From an uncultured Candidatus Saccharibacteria bacterium (GTDB taxonomy: Bacteria; Patescibacteriota; Minisyncoccia; UBA6257; GWB1-50-10): a stretch of DNA of 32,003 bases. Positions 17,356 through 24,417 of this stretch are shown piece after piece. The position numbers and the translations under genes are program-made. The notes under the pieces were generated by a model. That model did no database searches and was not told the DNA's origin. It saw only the letters and a program-made list of their open reading frames with translations. Positions within the stretch are counted from its first letter, which is position 1. Each line of letters opens with the position of its first letter. The stretch lies in contig CAYIEJ010000003.1 in the NCBI GenBank assembly GCA_964362455.1, positions 1 through 32,003 of the forward strand, given 5' to 3'.

Positions 17356-18615
17356 ATGAAAATTCTTCTTAAACCAATTGCTCTAATTTGGGGATTATCC
17401 CTTCTCTTTAACGTCAAATTTATCCCGCCAACGTCAGAGGCACAAACCACTTACAGCAACCAAAACGCCCCTAATCTAAGAGAACTTATTGAAGAAAAGA
17501 ACAAAGAACTGCAACAATTGCAGTCCCAGCGCGAAGCCATCGAAAAGGAACTTGAGAACGTAAGCAAAACCAGCACGAGCCTAAAAAAAGAACTTCAAAT
17601 TGTTAACGCGAACATTAATCAGCTCAATCTTTCTGTCAAAGGCAATAAACTGCTGCTCGAAAAATTGGAATTGGAAATTGACTCGCTCAAAAATGAAATC
17701 AAAGACACCGAAGAAAGCATCCAAAATAAAAAAAGCACGATCATCAAACTAATGATAGAATTGCAACAACGCGATAATGAAAACATTCTGACTATTCTCC
17801 TTAAAAACAAAAGTTTGGCCGGAAGCGTAGCCGAAGCCCAATCAATAGCTAAACTCAATAATAATCTCTCACTCGCGGTCGGACAATTTCAAGAATTGCA
17901 GAATCAGCTTACGAAAAAATTAGACGAAGGCGAAAAGAAAAAAAGAAGCCGGGAAATTGAAACCGCCAACCTTCTTAACCGCCAAGCAATTGTTCAAGAG
18001 CAAAAAAACGAAAAACAAAAAATCCTAACTCAAACAAAAAATCAGGAAAAAATATATCAACAGCAGATTGCCGAGTTGGAAAAAAAACAATTGGAGATAG
18101 GGGATGAGCTTGAAAAAATCGAAGGCGAATTAAGAGCATCCTTTGATCCGACTCTTCTGCCGGTTAAAAGACCTGGCGTTCTCGGTTATCCGATTGAAAA
18201 TCCGCTTGTTACCCAACCATACGGCAAAACAAAATTTGCCGAAAGGGCTTATAAAACGAAATTCCACAACGGAGTGGATTTCAATGCCCGGATCGGTACG
18301 CCAATCCTAGCTTCTTCTGACGGTACCATTAAAGCTGTCGGCAACAACGGTCGCCTCCAATACGGCAAATACGTCTTGATTGAACATGATAATAATTTAA
18401 GCACTCTCTACGCCCATCTATCCAAATATGTTGTGGAAGCCGGCGCAATCGTAAAAAGAGGGGATATAATCGGTTATGCCGGCAATACCGGTTATTCAAC
18501 CGGGCCTCATATCCACCTCACGCTTTACTGGACGCCAAGCGTCAGTTTAAAATCATTCCCCGGGGCAGGCTTGGTGCCAGTCGGCATAACCATCGATCCG
18601 GCGGATTATCTTTAA
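17356..18615 (+). CDS. M23 family metallopeptidase with N-terminal coiled coil (EnvC-like)
   Basis: Signal/TM segment, then a long coiled coil rich in E/K/Q/L, then M23 motifs HNGVDF, LYAHLS and TGPHIHL. Confidence 0.85.
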   Translation: MKILLKPIALIWGLSLLFNVKFIPPTSEAQTTYSNQNAPNLRELIEEKNKELQQLQSQREAIEKELENVSKTSTSLKKELQIVNANINQLNLSVKGNKLLLEKLELEIDSLKNEIKDTEESIQNKKSTIIKLMIELQQRDNENILTILLKNKSLAGSVAEAQSIAKLNNNLSLAVGQFQELQNQLTKKLDEGEKKKRSREIETANLLNRQAIVQEQKNEKQKILTQTKNQEKIYQQQIAELEKKQLEIGDELEKIEGELRASFDPTLLPVKRPGVLGYPIENPLVTQPYGKTKFAERAYKTKFHNGVDFNARIGTPILASSDGTIKAVGNNGRLQYGKYVLIEHDNNLSTLYAHLSKYVVEAGAIVKRGDIIGYAGNTGYSTGPHIHLTLYWTPSVSLKSFPGAGLVPVGITIDPADYL

Positions 18616-18718
18616 AATATTTACCCCGTCACTTAGAAAGGATGAAAATTACCCGAAGCCATGACAACATTATTAAAAAACATATATTCATCAAAAGGTC
18701 ATATAATGATAACCAATA

Positions 18719-18748
18719 AGGAATTGCGTCAGCTTCGCAATCCTTTTT
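18719..18748 (+). terminator. possible intrinsic terminator
   Basis: GGAATTGCG-TCAGCT-TCGCAATCC imperfect hairpin followed by TTTTT. Confidence 0.4.
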
Positions 18749-18757
18749 AAGTGCGGG

Positions 18758-20068
18758 GTGAAAACTTTTTATAAAATTGCTTTTGGCTTAGAAATAATTA
18801 TTTTTGGCGTCTTGGGCGGATTACTAATGAGATTCTTAAAAGAAAGCGGCCAGTTGCCAATTTACGACTCCCAAAAAGAGGCGGCGATTATAAAAACAAC
18901 CGTCACCGTCATTGATTCCACCGCTAGCACACAAAACATTCAAAAACCGGCTTCTTCAACATCGGTTAAATCAACAATAAATTTCTGCGATGAAAAATTT
19001 TTCGCCACCTTAGGAGAAAAAGAAAAAAATTTCTGCTTCCGTGAGCCAAAATTAACCGACAAAAAGGGGGTTGAAGTTGATCTTACGAACAATAAAGCGT
19101 TTCTCTACGAAAACGGAAAATTTGTAAAAATCCTGCCGCTTTTATATCAAGCGCCGGAGGAAAAATGGTATCAATCGCCAACCGGCTATTATCGCATCGG
19201 CGTAAAAAAAGAGAATCATATTTCTTCAATTTTTCCAGTAGCAATGCCTTTTGCCATTCAGTATTACGAAGATTTCTTCCTACACGGCATTCCTTATTAT
19301 CCAGAAACCGAAACAAGGGTTTCCTCCAATTTTACCGGCGGCTGTTTAAGATTTGAAGATAATATCGCAAAAGAAATTTATAACTTTTTAAAAACTAATG
19401 ACCAAATCACCGTTTATAAAACCTTTGATGATTTAGAAATTAAACCCGAATTCCGCCAACCGGTTGACTTGGAAAATTTTTGGATTCGCCAACGTTTTGG
19501 TAATCCTTATCGGGCGTCTTGGACAAATGGCGGCAGTGAGAATCTAAAAAATGATTATAACTTCCATAGCGGCGTTGATTTCGCGCCCAATCGAAACAAT
19601 CAAAACTTAAACGTTTATGCGATTACCAAAGGCGAAATTGTTGAAATTCAAACCAACGATGGCAAAGATCACGGTTTGGGCAATACGATTATTATCAAAC
19701 ACAATTTAACCAATGAAATTATTTATTCTCTCTACAGCCATCTTGATTCCGTAAAAATTAATTTAAAAGAGGGGAGTATTGTTAAAAGCGGCGAAATCAT
19801 CGGTACGGTCGGCAATAGCGGCCAGGGTTGCCGCAATTACTGGCGGATCGGCCCTGAAGGCTGCAACCAAAAATCGCCATCAGACACTCACCTGCATCTT
19901 GAAATAAAAAAAGCGGGCGTATTGGAGAACCCGACTGGCGGCGAGGTCTGCAAAAAACCGAACGGTGAAAACCGACCTTGCTATGGCTACATGCCCGACT
20001 ATCCTCAAAAATTCGGTTATCTAAACCCCGCAGAATTTCTCTTTGCCAAAAAGCCGAAAATTGATTAA
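18758..20068 (+). CDS. fusion protein: L,D-transpeptidase (YkuD)-like domain plus M23 metallopeptidase domain
   Basis: GTG start and an N-terminal TM helix. FFLHGIPYY...FTGGCLRF matches the YkuD H-G...(S/T)xGC(I/L)R active site. The C-terminal part has FHSGVDF, LYSHLDS and DTHLHLE (M23). Confidence 0.7.
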   Translation: MKTFYKIAFGLEIIIFGVLGGLLMRFLKESGQLPIYDSQKEAAIIKTTVTVIDSTASTQNIQKPASSTSVKSTINFCDEKFFATLGEKEKNFCFREPKLTDKKGVEVDLTNNKAFLYENGKFVKILPLLYQAPEEKWYQSPTGYYRIGVKKENHISSIFPVAMPFAIQYYEDFFLHGIPYYPETETRVSSNFTGGCLRFEDNIAKEIYNFLKTNDQITVYKTFDDLEIKPEFRQPVDLENFWIRQRFGNPYRASWTNGGSENLKNDYNFHSGVDFAPNRNNQNLNVYAITKGEIVEIQTNDGKDHGLGNTIIIKHNLTNEIIYSLYSHLDSVKINLKEGSIVKSGEIIGTVGNSGQGCRNYWRIGPEGCNQKSPSDTHLHLEIKKAGVLENPTGGEVCKKPNGENRPCYGYMPDYPQKFGYLNPAEFLFAKKPKID

Positions 20069-20079
20069 ATTGAAAATAA

Positions 20080-20436
20080 ATGAAGGCCTTAATCGTCTTG
20101 ATACTTTTTATCTTCGCCGCTCAAACTTCTTTTGCCCAAATCACAAATTTTGATATACCGGAGCCGGTCACAAACGTCTGGAACGCCGCAAGCAAAGTTG
20201 ACCCCGACCTAAGCGACGTCCCTTTTATTCAAAAAATAATCCAGTGGCTTAAAAACATCATCCAGAACCCCTCGGACATTTTCGGCGCTTTAGGTGAAAT
20301 TTTTGAGAAGATTGTCAAAATATTGGAAACAATCATCTGGCCATTTCGGGAGGTTCTTAAAGCAATCGGCAGTTTAATTATTTGGCTCTTGGAGCTAATG
20401 ATAAAATTAATAGAATGGGTGATAATGTTGTTGTAA
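20080..20436 (+). CDS. hypothetical secreted/membrane protein
   Basis: 118 aa with signal-like N-terminus MKALIVLILFIFAAQTSFA and a hydrophobic C-terminus. Confidence 0.4.
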   Translation: MKALIVLILFIFAAQTSFAQITNFDIPEPVTNVWNAASKVDPDLSDVPFIQKIIQWLKNIIQNPSDIFGALGEIFEKIVKILETIIWPFREVLKAIGSLIIWLLELMIKLIEWVIMLL

Positions 20437-20495
20437 AGAATAATTGTGGATAAGTCTTTTGCTTTTATTGTACGACACCTTTTATAATAAACCCA

Positions 20496-21002
20496 ATGCC
20501 TCAACTGCCTGGCGATTATATTGCCGGTTTTGTAGACGGTGAAGGGTGCTTCGCGTTAAAATTTAGGCGCGACATACGGCATGAACGGAAAAGTAAACCG
20601 GTTTATTTTTATTGGGATATAGAATTTGCAATTTTATTGCGCGAAGACGATAAGAATATCTTGGATCAGATAAAAAACACACTTAATTGTGGAAAAATCA
20701 GTATTAGTAAACGTGGTGCTGCAAGGTATGCAGTCAACAATATAAACGACCTTACCGATAAAATCGTACCGTTCTTTCAAAAACATAAACTTCGCGCTAA
20801 AAAAAGCAACGACTTTAACCTATGGAAGGAAGCAGTAACTATCTTTAAGAGAAATCAACGTTTAAAATTAAATGTTGAGTTTGGTAAAGACGGTTTTCAA
20901 AAAACAGAATGGAATCCAACGGATTTAAAAAGGTTAAAAGAAATTAAAAAAGAAATGGAACAATTCAAAAGTCGTGGAAAAGACTGGAAATGGTTTAAAT
21001 AA
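20496..21002 (+). CDS. free-standing single-motif LAGLIDADG homing endonuclease
   Basis: 168 aa. The N-terminal motif DYIAGFVDGEGCF is a canonical LAGLIDADG, and the size fits homodimeric I-CreI-type enzymes. Confidence 0.8.
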   Translation: MPQLPGDYIAGFVDGEGCFALKFRRDIRHERKSKPVYFYWDIEFAILLREDDKNILDQIKNTLNCGKISISKRGAARYAVNNINDLTDKIVPFFQKHKLRAKKSNDFNLWKEAVTIFKRNQRLKLNVEFGKDGFQKTEWNPTDLKRLKEIKKEMEQFKSRGKDWKWFK

Positions 21003-21046
21003 TATTATCTGACGCAAAAACATTCTTGTGCGACGGATAGCTTTTA

Positions 21047-22558
21047 ATGAAAACAGCTAAAAATACCACTTCCCCGCCCGGTCCTTTAGTTCACTTCATT
21101 GGCATTGGCGGAATTGGCACAAGCGCGCTTGCTCGCCTGTTTTTAAGCCAAAAATGGGCTGTTTCGGGCTCGGATATTGCTCCGAGCAAAATAACCCAAG
21201 AACTCCAAAAAGAAGGCATAAAAGTCAAAATTGGGCACAAAAAAGCGAATTTACCCCCAAATACGTCTCTTGTCATATACAACCAGGCCATCCCCTTTCA
21301 AAATCCGGAATTAAGAGAAGCGAAGCGAAAAAACATTCCTGTCTTTTCTTATCCTGAAGCAATAGGCGAGTTAACAAAAAAATATAAAACCATTGCTGTT
21401 GCCGGCGCTCATGGCAAAAGCACGACCACGGCTTTTGTTGCCCTTACGTTGATCAAAGCGGGTTTTAATCCAACTGTTATTGTTGGAACGCGTCTTAAAG
21501 AATTCAACAATAAAAATTTTAGATATGGCGGGGATACTTTAGTGCTGGAAGCCGATGAGTGGCGAGCCGCTTTTCTAAACTACTCCCCCACCCATGCAAT
21601 TATAACCAACCTTGACCGCGAGCATTTGGATTTTTATAAAAATTTTTTCAACATCAAAAAAACTTTTCTAAAATTTATTGTAAATATAAAATCGGACGGT
21701 ATTTTAGTCGTAAACAAAGATGACAAAAATCTCTTCGGCTTAAAATCTGAAATACAAAAAATTGCCAAGCGCAGAAATCTCAAAGTGTATTGGTATTCCG
21801 CTGTGACGCGTCACAGCGCCTCCTCACGAATAAAAAGTGTTTTAAAAGTTCCGGGAAAGCATAATTTTTCAAACGCGCTTGCCGCTTATACTTTAGCCAA
21901 AAATCTTGGGGTTAAAGAAAAAATAATCCTCAAAGCGCTAAATCAATACCGCGGCGTCTGGCGCCGCTTGGAGTATCGCGGCGAATTAAGAATTAAGAAT
22001 AATGAATTAAGAATAAAACAAAACAGCATAATTCATAATTCCAAATTCAAGATTCCAGTGTACGACGACTATGCCCACCACCCCACCGAAATCAAAGCGT
22101 CTCTCCAAGCTCTCCGCGAAAAATATCCTTGCCCAGAAACTGGGCGAGGCTCGCCCCGCCGCGGCGGGGCGGCCCATTCCACCGGCTGGCAAATCATCTG
22201 TGTTTTCCAACCCCATCAGGCCAAACGCCTGCGATTGCTTTTTGAGGATTTTGTTTCAGCTTTTGACGAAGCGGATAATTTGATTTTCCTTCCGGGCTAT
22301 GAAGTCCCGGGCCGCGATAAAAAAAATAAGAAATTCACCTCTCAAAAATTAGTTAAAGCTATTACTGAAAGAAGGAACTCCCCCACCGTCCAATATCTTT
22401 CCAATCCCAAAAACCTTTCGCGTTTAATTAAAACCACCCTGACTCCTAATCCCCGTAAGCTAAAAGCTATAGTGGTTATGATGGGCGCGGGAAATATTGT
22501 GAAATACACCGATCTTTTGTTATCATCTGATAGCAAAAGCCAATCCCTAACTTCCTAA
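21047..22558 (+). CDS. murC: UDP-N-acetylmuramate--L-alanine ligase, with in-frame insertion(s)
   Basis: Motifs HFIGIGGIGTSALA, GAHGKSTTTA, DDYAHHPTEI and FQPHQ. Extra GC-rich segment at about 22135-22190. Confidence 0.88.
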   Translation: MKTAKNTTSPPGPLVHFIGIGGIGTSALARLFLSQKWAVSGSDIAPSKITQELQKEGIKVKIGHKKANLPPNTSLVIYNQAIPFQNPELREAKRKNIPVFSYPEAIGELTKKYKTIAVAGAHGKSTTTAFVALTLIKAGFNPTVIVGTRLKEFNNKNFRYGGDTLVLEADEWRAAFLNYSPTHAIITNLDREHLDFYKNFFNIKKTFLKFIVNIKSDGILVVNKDDKNLFGLKSEIQKIAKRRNLKVYWYSAVTRHSASSRIKSVLKVPGKHNFSNALAAYTLAKNLGVKEKIILKALNQYRGVWRRLEYRGELRIKNNELRIKQNSIIHNSKFKIPVYDDYAHHPTEIKASLQALREKYPCPETGRGSPRRGGAAHSTGWQIICVFQPHQAKRLRLLFEDFVSAFDEADNLIFLPGYEVPGRDKKNKKFTSQKLVKAITERRNSPTVQYLSNPKNLSRLIKTTLTPNPRKLKAIVVMMGAGNIVKYTDLLLSSDSKSQSLTS

Positions 22559-22575
22559 TCCCCAAAACCTAACCA

Positions 22576-23337
22576 ATGTTTTTTAAAACTCCGGAAGAAT
22601 TCAAATCGCAGTGCGGATATGAAATTGAAGGTTTTTGGTATCCGCGCGTCACAAAAATCGTTGAAATTAAAGCCAAACCGGCGCTTTACCGCTTCTACGC
22701 CAATATGGAAAATTTCGCGGCCGGCGAAAAAGTAAAAAGAAACTCCGCGACCGAAGGCACTCTAATTCATAACATGGTTGAAAAAATATTGACCGGCGAA
22801 AAACCAGAAGTCCCGGCTTCAATCGAACCATCGGTCAAAGCGTTCTTGGAATTTATTTTGGAAAAAAATATCAAAGTTGATCCCGAACTCGTTGAAAAAA
22901 GATTAGTGAATTACGAAGAGCGCTACGCCGGCACGCTTGATGCGGTAGCTTTAATTGACGGCAAGCTTGGAATTTTAGATATAAAAACCTCGCAGGAAAT
23001 TTATCGGGACTACAACCTTCAAACCGCGGCCTATATGGCGGCAATGAAAGAACAAGTTAAAAGTTTGGAGACGCGTTGGATTTTGAGGATTGACCAAAGT
23101 AAATCTTGTTTGCATTGCGGCGCGATATTGCGGAGCAAGGGCGGCCGCGATAAAATCAAAACCCAATACGGCAATCCTTTTATGGCTGCTTGCAACCACG
23201 AATGGGGCGAAATGCAAGGCAGAATTGAGCTCAAAGAATTCCCCTACTGGCACGAGGATTATCACGCTTTCCTTGGCGCGAAACGTCTCTGGGAATGGGA
23301 AAATATTGAATGGTTAAAAAAGGTCGAATACCTATAG
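22576..23337 (+). CDS. RecB/Cas4-like PD-(D/E)XK nuclease-family protein
   Basis: GTLIHNMVE, then YAGTLDAVALIDGKLGILDIKTS (D...DxK), then LQTAAY (QxxxY). Four cysteines: C12, CLHC and a later C. Confidence 0.6.
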   Translation: MFFKTPEEFKSQCGYEIEGFWYPRVTKIVEIKAKPALYRFYANMENFAAGEKVKRNSATEGTLIHNMVEKILTGEKPEVPASIEPSVKAFLEFILEKNIKVDPELVEKRLVNYEERYAGTLDAVALIDGKLGILDIKTSQEIYRDYNLQTAAYMAAMKEQVKSLETRWILRIDQSKSCLHCGAILRSKGGRDKIKTQYGNPFMAACNHEWGEMQGRIELKEFPYWHEDYHAFLGAKRLWEWENIEWLKKVEYL

Positions 23338-23416
23338 AACCGGTTTATTCCATACCCTATCCCAACCTTACCCCATCTCCTGTCTATAGCTTTTACAAAA
23401 CTTTTTTAACCAATCC

Positions 23417-23446
23417 CATACTGCTATGCTATAGCATAGCAGTATG
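23417..23446. promoter_or_regulatory. perfect 30-bp palindrome CATACTGCTATGCTATAGCATAGCAGTATG, candidate operator
   Basis: Read directly. The core GCTATGCTATAGCATAGC is shared with 23953-23976 and (imperfectly) 5425-5447. It ends 13 nt before the start codon of the TrpR/YerC-like gene. Confidence 0.6.
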
Positions 23447-23459
23447 CTAAACTTAGCCC

Positions 23460-23855
23460 GTGCCTAAGAAAATATTGGTTAGAATGCCGCCAATTAATCA
23501 TTACGCCTCTCGCAAAGAGTGGGAAACCGCCTATTGGGATAAGATATTAAAATCCAAGGATTTACTTCAACTGGTTATTACTTCTCACGAGCGCCACGAT
23601 TTGGTAATGCGTGCCGCCGCCATAGACAGCCTTTCTTCCGGTAAAAGCTATAGACAAATTGGCAAAGAATTATGGCTTTCGCCACAAACAGTAAGCGGTA
23701 TTAAAAAAGCGGTGAGCGAAAAGGCCTACAAAAGTTATCTGGAGCGGAGCAAAAAAGAACGGAAGAAGAAAATTTACAGTTCCAAAATAAAAACCCGAAA
23801 GGTAAGACCGTCCGGCATCCCCCGCCGAACAAAATACGGCACTCTTTATATCTGA
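23460..23855 (+). CDS. TrpR/YerC-like helix-turn-helix DNA-binding protein
   Basis: 131 aa. ERHDLVMRAAAIDSLSSGKSYRQIGKELWLSPQTVSGIKKAV resembles the YerC/TrpR HTH. Basic C-terminal tail. GTG start; the alternative ATG start is at 23484. Confidence 0.55.
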   Translation: MPKKILVRMPPINHYASRKEWETAYWDKILKSKDLLQLVITSHERHDLVMRAAAIDSLSSGKSYRQIGKELWLSPQTVSGIKKAVSEKAYKSYLERSKKERKKKIYSSKIKTRKVRPSGIPRRTKYGTLYI

Positions 23856-23952
23856 TGTTTTGAGTCAAACGTATTTTCGCATTACTTCCCCTTACTCTTA
23901 TTTTCTTTGTTAACTCTTGTTTTCTTTATCATATAAAATGAAAAATAAATCT

Positions 23953-23976
23953 GGTGCTATGCTATAGCATAGCACC
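23953..23976. promoter_or_regulatory. perfect 24-bp palindrome GGTGCTATGCTATAGCATAGCACC
   Basis: Read directly. Lies between the TrpR/YerC-like gene and the TIGR-Tas-like locus. Confidence 0.55.
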
Positions 23977-24065
23977 TGAGTATAAAATTTGTTGATTTAT
24001 TTTTTTAAATTTATCTCAAGCTTACTACATCTTTTTCTCTAAAAGAGTGAACTGATTTGTGGGAT

Positions 24066-24127
24066 AAAAAGGGGGCGTGATTTTACCCCGTTACACAATT
24101 TGTTGTGTAACTGGGTTCTCACGCCCC
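24066..24127 (-). terminator. intrinsic terminator closing the tas/array-1 transcription unit
   Basis: On the minus strand, GGGGCGTGA...TCACGCCCC forms a 9-bp outer stem (24072-24080 / 24119-24127), with inner stem GTTACACAA/TTGTGTAAC. TTTTT follows (24066-24070). Confidence 0.55.
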
Positions 24128-24166
24128 GTTTGTCCATTCCTAAATCATCTTGCGATGATCGGATTA

Positions 24167-24417
24167 GGACTCGCTCCTCGTTATTGGATTTCTCCCCATC
24201 CATGGCTCGCTCTTCCGTTCTGGGTTTCTCTGTAATTTTGGCTCTTGTCCTGAGTCGCACCGAAGGACTCGCTCCGCCTCATTGGATTTCTCCGTTACAT
24301 TGGCTCGCTGAGAATGAATGGATTTCTCCACACTCACGGCTCGCTCTGGCCCAATGGGTTTCTCCAATCCTATGGCTCGCTTACTTCTCATGGATTTCTT
24401 GGGGCCGGTGGCTACTT
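24167..24417 (-). repeat. TIGR-like array 1 (dual-spacer, 36-bp period): sub-array 1a with 2 units (24167-24247), 17-nt junction, sub-array 1b with 4 units (24265-24417)
   Basis: On the + strand, TGGCTCGCT-type 9-mers start at 24167(GGACTCGCT), 24203, 24239(degenerate), 24265(GGACTCGCT), 24301, 24337, 24373 and 24409(degenerate). TGGATTTCT/TGGGTTTCT 9-mers start at 24185, 24221, 24283, 24319, 24355 and 24391. Each is separated by a 9-nt variable segment. The strand is inferred. Confidence 0.85.

Noticed and set aside
22007-22283. Overlapping ORFs 22007..22216 (-) and 22071..22283 (+) inside murC
   Set aside because: They are created by the stop-poor GC-rich insertion. The murC frame is continuous with conserved motifs on both sides.
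143-23317. Numerous 60-130-aa antisense or out-of-frame ORFs nested in larger genes (for example 143..349, 1409..1672, 11264..11647, 12032..12340, 17048..17329, 22975..23265)
   Set aside because: Each is fully embedded in a longer ORF that has clear family motifs. None has an RBS or recognisable motifs.
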